Assembly (NCBI GenBank): GCA_001002405.1
Contig: LCOA01000002.1
Location: 1 to 54,801 of the forward strand
Origin: Candidatus Amesbacteria bacterium GW2011_GWA1_47_20
GTDB lineage: Bacteria > Patescibacteriota > Microgenomatia > CAZETR01 > Amesbacteraceae
Direction: 5' to 3'
DNA: 54,801 nucleotides
This document shows positions 19,943 through 28,598 of the stretch, piece by piece. The translations under genes were made by a program, and so were the position numbers. Below the pieces are notes generated by a model, which was given only the letters and a program-made list of their open reading frames with translations, ran no database searches and was not told the origin of the DNA. How positions within the stretch are numbered: the first letter of the stretch is position 1; each line of letters starts with the position of its first letter.

Positions 19943-20822
19943 GCTATCTGTCATTATCATAAATCACGGAACACCGGATGTCACGCATAAATGTTTGCAG
20001 AACTTGTATAAATCCCGGGGCGTAGATTTTGAAACTATTCTGATCAACAACACACCTGAGGACAAAATAGCTTTCCCGAAAGTAATAATAATCAACAACA
20101 AAAAACGCCTGGGGTTCGGGGCCAATAATAACCAAGGAATGAAGATCGCTAAAGGCGACAAAATATTACTTCTGAATAGTGATTGCTTTGTGCGGCCGGA
20201 CACGCTGGCCAGGTGTGTCCGCTTGCCCTACGACGTGGTGGGCTGCCGATTGACGACGGCTGAAGGAGCGACATTGCCGTCTACCGGATACTTCCCCACT
20301 CTGCGCCGGGTAGCGCAAATGATAGTGTTTTTCGACAATCTGCCAATCGTGCGCAAAGTCATCGATACCATTCACATCCGGGATGTGTCCCGGTTAGACA
20401 AACCGCAGGAAGTGGACTGGGTCCAGGGAGCATTCATGCTCATATCACACCGGGTGTGTGAGAAAGTGGGGGGATTTAACGAAAATTTCCACATGTATGG
20501 CGAAGAAATCGAATGGCAATATCGTATAAAGCAGGCGGGATTTCATATCTGGTACTATCCCGAAACTTCGGCGGTGCATCTGGAACGGATGAGCATTAAA
20601 TCTCTGGGCCCGTCGTTTATTGGAGAGATGATGGGTTATTTATATTACTTTAAACTGCACCGACCAAAATGGGAGCAGGTACTTTTGCCATGGGTGTTGT
20701 TGTTTGGATGTGTGATACGAATTCCTGCGTGGGCAGTATGGAGAAAATGGGATCTGGTTCGAACTTACGTTAACGTTTTGCCCCAACTAGTTTCTGCAAT
20801 TTATGGCCGGATTAAAAAGTAA
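19941..20822 (+). CDS. GT2 glycosyltransferase (WbbL/rhamnosyltransferase-like)
   Basis: LGFGANNNQG, LLLNSD, VDWVQGAFML, FHMYGEEIEW. TAGAAT lies 7 nt before the ATG. Confidence 0.88.
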   Translation: MLSVIIINHGTPDVTHKCLQNLYKSRGVDFETILINNTPEDKIAFPKVIIINNKKRLGFGANNNQGMKIAKGDKILLLNSDCFVRPDTLARCVRLPYDVVGCRLTTAEGATLPSTGYFPTLRRVAQMIVFFDNLPIVRKVIDTIHIRDVSRLDKPQEVDWVQGAFMLISHRVCEKVGGFNENFHMYGEEIEWQYRIKQAGFHIWYYPETSAVHLERMSIKSLGPSFIGEMMGYLYYFKLHRPKWEQVLLPWVLLFGCVIRIPAWAVWRKWDLVRTYVNVLPQLVSAIYGRIKK

Positions 20823-20845
20823 ATATTCCAAGTTTGGATCGATGG

Positions 20846-20870
20846 AATTCCCACCTTTCAGGTGGAAATT
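20846..20870. terminator. Hairpin between convergent genes (possible bidirectional terminator)
   Basis: AATTCCCACCT-TTC-AGGTGGAAATT inverted repeat with one mismatch. Confidence 0.45.
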
Positions 20871-21420
20871 ACTTAGCCTTTTTTCGTAGTAGTAACCACT
20901 CCCCATAGTCCAATTCTTTAACGAATCGAGTCGGTGGTTTATATCGTGTTTGAAAATAAGCAAATGATTCCAAAGCGGATCCATGTCCTATTATAATCAC
21001 ATTCTTAGTTTGATTCCGAACTTTATTTAGATCCTCAAGAAAAGATTCCGCAACAAATTTGGGGGTAGACACTTCGTTGGGTAAATTATAACTTAGGTAA
21101 GAGTCAAAATATCTAGCTGTTACGTCCCTCTTACACGCCGAATTTGTGATCCATGAGTCTATATTCGATACTCTCATATTGGAAAATTTGGTAATTGATT
21201 TTAGGCCAAAAAATTGACGTGTCAACATAGCTGATTCAATCGTTCTGTTTGTATTGCTGGAAAATATCTCTAGGTTTTTTCTTATTCCAGGAACATTTTT
21301 AGAAATAATCTTACAGGTTTCAATTATCTGATTCCTCCCTTTTTCAGTTAACTTTCGATTAGGATTTGTTTTATCCCTTTCAGTTTTCCCATGCCTAATA
21401 AGAATAATTCTTTGAATCAT
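20869..21420 (-). CDS. Histidine phosphatase superfamily protein (PGM/SixA-like)
   Basis: IRHG, LTEKG..Q, SS...R..ESA and IIGHG catalytic motifs. Start MIQR lies 1 nt after the upstream stop. Confidence 0.88.
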   Translation of the reverse strand: MIQRIILIRHGKTERDKTNPNRKLTEKGRNQIIETCKIISKNVPGIRKNLEIFSSNTNRTIESAMLTRQFFGLKSITKFSNMRVSNIDSWITNSACKRDVTARYFDSYLSYNLPNEVSTPKFVAESFLEDLNKVRNQTKNVIIIGHGSALESFAYFQTRYKPPTRFVKELDYGEWLLLRKKAK

Positions 21421-21421
21421 A

Positions 21422-22786
21422 TTATTGGGTCGGCGCAAATCTAACCGGTATTTGAATGGCGTCCTTTTGCACGTGAACAGCTTTCGACTTTCTAGCCGTA
21501 ATTCCCACAGTTAATATCCCGCCATCGCCATACTGAGAATACAGCTCGACTCTAGTATACATTAACGAGTGGTTCAAATGGCCTGATTCGGTGTGCCAAA
21601 AAGGAAGGGGTGTTTGTTCTACTTTTAGTTGAAGAATATAGCTTGCTGGGGCTGTCATCAAGTCAGCAATCATAGTGCCTCTGCCGTCGTTTCCGTTGTT
21701 AGTCAATGAAACGCCTTTGGCTCCAGAACTGACTGTCTTTTTAATGACCCACTTATCCCCCTCCTTTTGCAATAAGCCAGCGACTTCATTCTTGTTGGCT
21801 TTTGTTACAAGTATTGTTGTGGGGAGATATTTCCTCAATGTCTGAATCGTTGACCACTTGAAATATTCTTGCAACCATTGATCAATCATGGGATCGTTTA
21901 GCCCATTACTTATAACCCCTAAAAGGGATTTATTGCATAAGAATCGATTTGGTGGTATTAAACAATAAACCGCTCCGTCCTTGTATAAGTCATATATGTT
22001 TTCCCCGCCAGCCCCCGCTGGTTTTACAAGATGGCCGTTTGGGTTAAGAGTGGGTATATTAACTAGCCATCGTGATTTTGATCTACCCACTTCTAATGGA
22101 TAGTTTTGTCCTGGATTTATTTTCAAGGATTCCTCAGTTGCCACTGTCAATTTTAGTCCGGCTTGTCTTGCTGCTGGTTGTAATAATTTTTCCATTTCTG
22201 CTAAGTAGAATCTTTCAGAATCACCCACTAATAAAAAGATTGTTTCGTCACCAACTGCTCCTTTAATTGCTTCAACAAAAGTTGTTCCAGGTATCTGGCC
22301 TATGATTTCTTTACTATTTAACAAAATGAATCCATCGTAATAGCCCATACCATGGGATTTGTCGCCTTCAATTTCAGCAATCTGGAAGTAGATTTGTCCT
22401 GCACTTTGGTCGGATTGCAACATCAAATCACATCTTGCAAATAATGGTAATTGATTGAACAACGCTTGGACACCCAATTCGTATTTGTTTATCCCCAAAC
22501 TCAAAGATTTCCAAATCATACCACCAGTGAGAGATCCCTTTAACGCATCGCTTTCTTTCAACGCGCTAAACATCTTTAAAGAGCCATGAAGAAAACCACC
22601 TGGTGCGTAAACTGCACTACTTATCTCTCTTAGTTCGTTTTCTTGTTCTCTATTAAAAAGTTTTACATTGGGAGACAATTCAAACCTGTATTTTTCCCTA
22701 TCTGATTCATTTGACCATAAAGACCCCTCCAATCTGGTCTTCTGGCTATTAATCAATTGGTTTAAAACAGGATTTTCTATTCCCAT
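21422..22786 (-). CDS. Glutathionylspermidine synthase / circularly permuted ATP-grasp-like amide ligase
   Basis: ARCDLM...AEIEGD (R-x-D...E-x-N/E metal motif), PP...NKSLL, YLPTT, WVIKK..SSGAKGV, YILQ..V. Start ATG 22786 directly follows the leader hairpin. Confidence 0.7.
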   Translation of the reverse strand: MGIENPVLNQLINSQKTRLEGSLWSNESDREKYRFELSPNVKLFNREQENELREISSAVYAPGGFLHGSLKMFSALKESDALKGSLTGGMIWKSLSLGINKYELGVQALFNQLPLFARCDLMLQSDQSAGQIYFQIAEIEGDKSHGMGYYDGFILLNSKEIIGQIPGTTFVEAIKGAVGDETIFLLVGDSERFYLAEMEKLLQPAARQAGLKLTVATEESLKINPGQNYPLEVGRSKSRWLVNIPTLNPNGHLVKPAGAGGENIYDLYKDGAVYCLIPPNRFLCNKSLLGVISNGLNDPMIDQWLQEYFKWSTIQTLRKYLPTTILVTKANKNEVAGLLQKEGDKWVIKKTVSSGAKGVSLTNNGNDGRGTMIADLMTAPASYILQLKVEQTPLPFWHTESGHLNHSLMYTRVELYSQYGDGGILTVGITARKSKAVHVQKDAIQIPVRFAPTQ

Positions 22787-22815
22787 AAAAATCGCCCCTA
22801 TAAAAGGGGCGATTT
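22787..22815 (-). terminator. Intrinsic terminator / SD-sequestering hairpin of the leader
   Basis: AAATCGCCCCT-TTTAT-AGGGGCGATTT perfect 11-bp stem, ending in TTTTT directly before the ATG. Confidence 0.8.
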
Positions 22816-22984
22816 GGGCCAATCACTGTACCACCCTATTGCAGAAATCTACTAAAAATGAGGCGTATCAACCTTGACGTCCTCTTGAGATTTCTCTCGT
22901 TACAGCTATCATGGGCTTACCCATATTGCATTTGTGCAATCAGCTCGAAAGACGCGACTCTTTCTCAAACGCTTTTTAAATTGT
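22787..22984 (-). ncRNA. T-box-type riboswitch leader with atypical Stem I
   Basis: AAT-AGGG-TGGTACA-GTGATT-ggccca-AATCGC-CCCT forms a two-helix antiterminator with a 7-nt UGGN bulge, mutually exclusive with the terminator hairpin. Small hairpin GTAG-attt-CTGC lies just upstream (Stem III position). Confidence 0.75.
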
Positions 22985-22990
22985 AAACTT

Positions 22991-23019
22991 ATAGTACTAC
23001 TTCTTCTTTCTCCTGTCAA
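22991..23019 (-). promoter_or_regulatory. Sigma70 promoter for the leader
   Basis: TTGACA (23019-23014), 17 nt, TACTAT (22996-22991). Confidence 0.8.
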
Positions 23020-23128
23020 GTTTTTTTAAGTCCGATAAACGAATAGCAATATAAACTATCCCAAAAGCGATTATGGTCAGGGCAAAAGCAACGGCTGCCC
23101 GAACATTTATATCTAGTAAACTAGGCAC
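22997..23128 (-). CDS. Small single-TM protein (43 aa)
   Basis: AGGAGG then GTG start. Manual translation MPSLLDINVRAAVAFALTIIAFGIVYIAIRLSDLKKLDRRKKK: one TM plus a basic tail. Below the ORF-track cutoff. Confidence 0.65.
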   Translation of the reverse strand: MPSLLDINVRAAVAFALTIIAFGIVYIAIRLSDLKKLDRRKKK

Positions 23129-23336
23129 TTTTACTCCTCCTGGCGTTCTTTCTTAAACGCAAAGCTAACACTAAACTTAATATACCTAAAACTATGTCAA
23201 TCGTCAATACTAACCAATTGGCCGGTAAACCTAACTGGAAAAAATTTGATACGATAAACACTGCCCCAAACCACCCAGCCGCCAAATTGACAAACAAGTC
23301 TGATAAAATTCCATACAGATCTTTTTGTACCGTCAT
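23121..23336 (-). CDS. Small two-TM hypothetical protein (71 aa)
   Basis: MTVQKDLYGILSDLFVNLAAGWFGAVFIV...; two hydrophobic helices and a basic tail; overlaps both neighbours. Confidence 0.7.
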   Translation of the reverse strand: MTVQKDLYGILSDLFVNLAAGWFGAVFIVSNFFQLGLPANWLVLTIDIVLGILSLVLALRLRKNARRSKSA

Positions 23337-24111
23337 ATTACACGAAATATTTTCGATATTTTTTGGCTGGTCCAGGTAATAAACCATAGTAAATAATGCT
23401 TGAGCGGGCCGTTATACCAGAGAGAGGCAGCGGCGTGATATTTTTGAGCGGCACCACCGGATTTGGCTGAACTTTGTCCATGTTCGTGGACAATGGTAAT
23501 CCCGGGGTGGAAAATTATTTTCATTCCTGCCTGACGGAGGCGGCGGCAATAATCCATATCTTCGTAGTAAATAAATACTTTCTCGGTAAATTTGCCTATC
23601 TTTACGATCGTACGTTTGGACAAGAACATACAGGCGCCAGAGATAGCGTTGACAGCAACGGGCTGGCTGCCCGTTGGGGTGTATTTTTGAGTCAGGCCTT
23701 TTTGGCCGAGCCAGTATTCGGCTCGGGAAAAACGGACCCCTGGGGAGTACCGTCAGGGTCAAGGAATTTGGGACCGAGGACGCCCACGTCGGAGTGAGAT
23801 TTGAGATATGCGATGGCTTTGGTAAAAAAATCTTTGGGTAGGAGGGTGTCGGGATTAAGAATCAAGATGTAATCCCCCGTCGCCCGCTCTAATCCCTGAT
23901 TCCACGCCCGGGGTACACCAACATTGGTTTTGTTTTGAATAAATTTGACTTTCTTTGGATGGATGGGGGTGGAAGAAGCATTGTCGATGACAATTATTTC
24001 CAGATTTGGATACTTGGTGGCTCGAATTGAGGCTAGGCACCGAGCCAACGAATCGGCTACGTTCCAATTGACAACAATTACACTAATTGAATTTGGCAAA
24101 GAGGTTTTCAT
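23333..24111 (-). pseudogene. GT2 (WbbL-like), frameshifted near 23720
   Basis: N-half ends PQGSVFPEP; the shifted frame continues EYWLGQKGLTQKYTP...AISGACMF...YYEDMDYC. Real lesion or assembly error. Confidence 0.75.
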
Positions 24112-24913
24112 CTGTAACTTTTAAATAAGACCTTTCGGAGAGCCTGAATCTCACTATATTAGGCAAGTGCTCCAGGGCCATGAGGACAGGGCGGATAAAT
24201 CCTGGATGGAAGAAGATCCTGGCTAACAGTGCAGGTAGATGCTGGCTAAGACTAAATGTGAGACTTAAATAGTTAGGAGGAAGAGCTTTTTTGTAAGTAG
24301 ATTCAGGATGCGGGTGAGAAATTATTGCTTTGGGTTCCCAAATTATTAGGTACCCTCTTTTTTGAGCCCGGAAACCTATATCCAGATCCTCAAAGTATCC
24401 AGGCGTGAATAATGTGTCCAATCCCCCCAGTTCCTTCCAAATAGATTTGCGAAAGGCAGCACCTCCACCTGAACCCCAGAGAGAATAATGAATTTTGTTG
24501 TCTATCTCCCCGTTCGTGAATCCCAGAAATCCATTTTTAAAGCTGCCCTTAGCCCAAGATTGCGTTTGAGCGTTAAAGGTTACTGAAAACAGTTTTTTAT
24601 CTTTGAAATGGGGAAGCATGTTTTTTAAAAGGTCTGGGTGCGGGCTGGCGTCTTGATTCAAAAGGATGACGACGTCTCCCGTTGCCTGTCGAAAACCATC
24701 ATTAACAGTTTGAGGGAAGCGAGTATTGTGAAAATGACGAACTAGTTTAATTTGGGAATAATTTCGAGATAGAAAACTAACGGTATTGTCTGTAGATGCG
24801 TCGTCGACAATTATCACTTCATCAGCCTCTAGTTTCATGACCTGGGGAAGGTTTTTGGCTAATATCCTCTGCCCGTTGAAAGCGGGAATGACTACTGAAA
24901 CTTTAAAATCCAT
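24083..24913 (-). CDS. GT2 glycosyltransferase
   Basis: IVDDASTD, LLNQD, GGGAAFRK, GYFEDLDIG. The C-terminus looks shortened. Confidence 0.85.
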   Translation of the reverse strand: MDFKVSVVIPAFNGQRILAKNLPQVMKLEADEVIIVDDASTDNTVSFLSRNYSQIKLVRHFHNTRFPQTVNDGFRQATGDVVILLNQDASPHPDLLKNMLPHFKDKKLFSVTFNAQTQSWAKGSFKNGFLGFTNGEIDNKIHYSLWGSGGGAAFRKSIWKELGGLDTLFTPGYFEDLDIGFRAQKRGYLIIWEPKAIISHPHPESTYKKALPPNYLSLTFSLSQHLPALLARIFFHPGFIRPVLMALEHLPNIVRFRLSERSYLKVTDENLFAKFN

Positions 24914-25641
24914 ATTGCTCTATAGGCAGGGGGGAAATTAATTTTAGACAGCAGAGGAGACACTAGGGGTAAGATTTTGTAGACGGAGGTCAACCAAGCG
25001 TTTTCACTAAATCCCAACATCAGCATGAATAACCACAAAAGGAAGTTGGTATTACCGAAACATGAAATAGATGCAGTTCGGCTATGTCGTAGTAAGGACT
25101 CATGAATATAAGAAGAAATGTTTTTATCTGAGGGTAACCCGTAGTGAGCATGCTCGTTTAAGTAGTTTGATTGTTGTTTGTGAGTAAAATTATAATAACG
25201 AAACAGAAGACGATCGCTCATAAATGCCGCTTTGCCTCGAGGGTAAGCTAGGTATATTTGGGACCGGGAGACCCTGACCATTTCGTCAATCATGTGTTTA
25301 CGTGTAGCTTCATCGACATGCTCTAAGGTGTCGACACAAATGACCACACTAAAAGACTTTGCGGGAAAGGGGAGTTTTTCGCCAGAAAATTTTATCATCT
25401 TCATATTTTTCTGACTGGCATTACCAAAATCTACGTCAACGCCAGTTACTTGGTAGCCTTTCCCCAAGTAAGGTAGAATGCCATACTCTCCAGAACCTAT
25501 CTCTAATATTGAGGGCTTGGACGAGAAAGTGTGTTTAATTTCTCGAGCGATGGGTAAGTAACGAAGAGCAACGGAAATATCCCACTTAGGATAAAGAGAC
25601 TGAGATTTTTGTAAAAGGATGGATTTAAGTTTTTTTAGCAT
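24892..25641 (-). CDS. Class I SAM-dependent methyltransferase
   Basis: ILEIGSG, GVD, LPFP..SF.VV.C.DTLEHV. Confidence 0.85.
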   Translation of the reverse strand: MLKKLKSILLQKSQSLYPKWDISVALRYLPIAREIKHTFSSKPSILEIGSGEYGILPYLGKGYQVTGVDVDFGNASQKNMKMIKFSGEKLPFPAKSFSVVICVDTLEHVDEATRKHMIDEMVRVSRSQIYLAYPRGKAAFMSDRLLFRYYNFTHKQQSNYLNEHAHYGLPSDKNISSYIHESLLRHSRTASISCFGNTNFLLWLFMLMLGFSENAWLTSVYKILPLVSPLLSKINFPPAYRAIWILKFQ

Positions 25642-26830
25642 GTGGTGGTAAAACGTTCGTGTATATCAAGTGGATAGAAGTTGCGGCAAAAACCGTACGG
25701 ATAAGTGAAACAACTTGGTCAACCGGCATAAGGGTAAATTTGGCAGCCAGATTGAAAGGACTGCCGAACAGACCAAAGAATAGAGTTTGCTCACCCAGCA
25801 GGACGATGGCCACATAGCAAAAGAGCAGGACGAGCGAGGGGAGGAAAAGCTTTTTGACGGTCAAAACCAGAATGAGCGAGGACACGATCCAGGTAAACCA
25901 TTGGACGTGATAATGCACTACGGAAAAAAAGAGGAGTAGGATGGAAGTCAGCCAGCCGGCCAGAGACATGGCTTTTGGTTTATAGAAGTTCCACCACAAC
26001 AGTAGTACCAGCCCTAGTAAAAAGATGGAGATGGATTGGCCGCCCGAGACGGGAATTTTGGCAAACCATAGTTTCTCCGTCTGATCGGCCAGCAGGGCAT
26101 ACTGTCTAAAAGCTGGAGAGGACAAATACGGGAAAATAATAATAAGGTAAGTGAGAAAGGCCAGGCCGATGTGTTTAAATTTGCCCCATAATCCCTGGCC
26201 CAAAAATGGAACCAAAAGCAGGGGGAAAGGCTTAAATCCTGCTGCCAGGCCGATACACACGGCTGCCCACAAAGACCGGCCGCGGGCAGCCAGCAGCAAA
26301 GCCAAGAGCAGAAATACAGCGATATAAATGTCAAACTGGGCCAGCATGTAGGAAGAATAAATAGTGACGGGGTTAAATATCCACAGGCTGGCAGCTAATA
26401 GCTTACGCTTGGAGTCCACCAGCTTGAAAATAATAAATAATCCGGCTGCGTCGGCCACCAAATACGGGAATTTCAGTAAATAAAGCAGCCAGGGCAGATG
26501 GGGATCGGGACGGACGTGATCGAAATACAAAATGAGAGTATTGAGAGTCTGCCAGGGATATAAAGGGCTCAAAAGCCACATAAACAGGGCGTGAGTCAAA
26601 TATGCCAGCGGCGGGTAAATGAACAGCCCGTCAGTCATAAAGACTTCTAAGATGCGGTCGGTTCTAGGCAGGCGGCTAATATAATCGTAAAAACCTAAGA
26701 GCTGGCCTTTTTGGGTGATTAAATACGCGGCCAGGTTGTAGGCCCGGAAATCGGCGTGCATGGTGATGGGAATCAGCACCAGGCGGATAATCAAGCCTAC
26801 TATGGCGAGAATTGCGATTTTTTTGGTCAT
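25625..26830 (-). CDS. GT87/DUF2029-like GT-C glycosyltransferase
   Basis: MHAD, FIYPPLAY, LLKFPY, FNP...AQFD, GFKPFP, HVQW; paralog of 16046-17212. Confidence 0.75.
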   Translation of the reverse strand: MTKKIAILAIVGLIIRLVLIPITMHADFRAYNLAAYLITQKGQLLGFYDYISRLPRTDRILEVFMTDGLFIYPPLAYLTHALFMWLLSPLYPWQTLNTLILYFDHVRPDPHLPWLLYLLKFPYLVADAAGLFIIFKLVDSKRKLLAASLWIFNPVTIYSSYMLAQFDIYIAVFLLLALLLAARGRSLWAAVCIGLAAGFKPFPLLLVPFLGQGLWGKFKHIGLAFLTYLIIIFPYLSSPAFRQYALLADQTEKLWFAKIPVSGGQSISIFLLGLVLLLWWNFYKPKAMSLAGWLTSILLLFFSVVHYHVQWFTWIVSSLILVLTVKKLFLPSLVLLFCYVAIVLLGEQTLFFGLFGSPFNLAAKFTLMPVDQVVSLIRTVFAATSIHLIYTNVLPPHAKKT

Positions 26831-27852
26831 ATCAGCTTTGAAAATTGAGAGTTAAAAACTTGCGCTGAGAAAAGCCTACTCCTTTCCTGGGCTTGTTTGG
26901 CAATTCTTTGAAGTCTTTGTTCATCTTTTGACAAAGAGACAGTGTCCTTCACCAGTTGATTGATCGAATTCCATAGATACCCCGATTGCCCAGGAACGAC
27001 TGTCTCCAGATGGCCTCCGGAATTAGTGACCAGGGGGACTGTCCCGGCCGCCATAGCTTCCACAGTGGTGATACCGAAGTGCTCCATTCTTTCCGGGTGA
27101 GCGGCAGAACTTACCCCGAAACCTGTTGCCGACCAAAAAATTTTGGCTGAACCTAAAAGTTCTCTAATCTTTTCCAAAGAAGGGTTAGAAATAATTTTGA
27201 TAGGCAGCTTTTGAACTAAATCCCGATAGTTCTTCAAAAGATCTCGGTCTTTCGACCCACCTGCTAAAACTAACCGCCAATCTGGCAAGAGCGGGAGAAG
27301 TTGAGAAAACGCTTTGATTAATATATCTTGACGCTTGGAATGTAACCCGTGAGCTAATCTGCCAATGCCCACAATCATATTTTGTTTAGGTAAGGGTTTG
27401 AAAAGTTTGACGGCCACGGGAGGATAGACAACGTGTGAATCGATACCATAAACCCGGTCAATGACTGACTTAGTAAATAGCGAGTTGCAGACTACGGTGT
27501 AGAAGCGGATTTTAAAACGGTTGGCCAGCGTCCCACAGCCTTGCCAATGCGCCGGAATTTGCATATGAATGATTGTTTTTTTGGCAAATGATACAGGAAT
27601 GCTTCCATCACTAACCCAAAATATAAGTTCATAGTTCATAGTTGAGAGTTGATAGTTACCCGGGAAGGGAATGAATCGGGCAGAGTGCAATTTGACACCA
27701 AACCTATCTTTTATTTTGCGGGTGAAATCGGTGGGCCACCAAAAATCAACTTGATATCCCCGACTTTCAAGAAATTGCGCCACTGCCGCTGAATACCTTT
27801 CTCCACCTCCTAAAGTATCTAAATATGGATCATAAATGGCGGCCCGTTTCAT
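26827..27852 (-). CDS. GT4 glycosyltransferase (ALG11-like)
   Basis: LGGGERY, NS.FT, YPPV, KRQD, EHFGITTVEAMAAG. Confidence 0.9.
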   Translation of the reverse strand: MKRAAIYDPYLDTLGGGERYSAAVAQFLESRGYQVDFWWPTDFTRKIKDRFGVKLHSARFIPFPGNYQLSTMNYELIFWVSDGSIPVSFAKKTIIHMQIPAHWQGCGTLANRFKIRFYTVVCNSLFTKSVIDRVYGIDSHVVYPPVAVKLFKPLPKQNMIVGIGRLAHGLHSKRQDILIKAFSQLLPLLPDWRLVLAGGSKDRDLLKNYRDLVQKLPIKIISNPSLEKIRELLGSAKIFWSATGFGVSSAAHPERMEHFGITTVEAMAAGTVPLVTNSGGHLETVVPGQSGYLWNSINQLVKDTVSLSKDEQRLQRIAKQAQERSRLFSAQVFNSQFSKLI

Positions 27853-28598
27853 TTTTTAACCAATTGCATTTCCCACAGGCGGGCGTAGATAACGAAAGAA
27901 TTAAACACCTGAAATACTCCGTCAATGACACCTTCGACGCCATCGCGCCAGGCGAACAGCTTGACAAAGCGCAGCCAAAACTCGGTGAACATGACCCGGA
28001 CAAATCTCCACCAAGACATGCGGGGATGGCCGGTAGCCAAGCGCAACCGGGCTTCGTAGGTCGTAAAGTCTAAAGTTTTATTCAACATTGAAGTCAAATC
28101 CCGGTGGGAATAATGGACTAGTTCATGATTCATGGTTCGTAATTCACCTGAAAAAACCGGTTGTTCGTGAAGCTCGCCCACGTACCTCTGGAGGGCAGAT
28201 TTTTTAAACAGTCTAATGACCCTGTCGCCGCCCCAACCGCCGAAATGCATTTCCCGGCCCAAATATATATTTTTGCGGGGGATTTGATACACTTGAACGG
28301 AATCAGGAGAGGACATAATTTGTTCGATCTCTTTTTTGAGTAAAGGAGTTACTCGTTCATCGGCGTCTACATACAAAATCCAACTGCCACGGGCGGCTTT
28401 GAGTCCGAGATTTCGCCGGGTAGCATAACTATCCTCCCTACATGTCACAATTTTGGCTCGATGGGATTCGGCTATGTCAACGGTAGCGTCGGTGCTGCCG
28501 CTATCAACGACAACGATTTCGTCAGAAAAAGCCAGAGACAGGAGACATTCTCCAATCATGCTTTCTTCGTTTTTGGCAATGATGATGCTAGTTAACAT
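27849..28598 (-). CDS. GT2 glycosyltransferase (beta-1,4-glucosyltransferase-like)
   Basis: IAKNEE, VVDSGSTD, YVDADERV, LHE. Confidence 0.88.
   Translation of the reverse strand: MLTSIIIAKNEESMIGECLLSLAFSDEIVVVDSGSTDATVDIAESHRAKIVTCREDSYATRRNLGLKAARGSWILYVDADERVTPLLKKEIEQIMSSPDSVQVYQIPRKNIYLGREMHFGGWGGDRVIRLFKKSALQRYVGELHEQPVFSGELRTMNHELVHYSHRDLTSMLNKTLDFTTYEARLRLATGHPRMSWWRFVRVMFTEFWLRFVKLFAWRDGVEGVIDGVFQVFNSFVIYARLWEMQLVKK

Noticed and set aside
22787..22822. ORF-track N-terminal extension MAQIAPFIGAIF of the ligase
   Set aside because: It is simply the translation of the terminator palindrome; ATG 22786 is the better start.
22868..22931. Leader-peptide attenuator (uORFs MQYG and MGKPMIAVTREISRGRQG)
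   Set aside because: No run of regulatory codons and no clear RBS; the T-box antiterminator geometry explains the leader better.
22880..22970. tRNA gene in the multi-hairpin leader
   Set aside because: No TTC-containing T-arm in proper position, no 7-bp acceptor stem and no CCA end.
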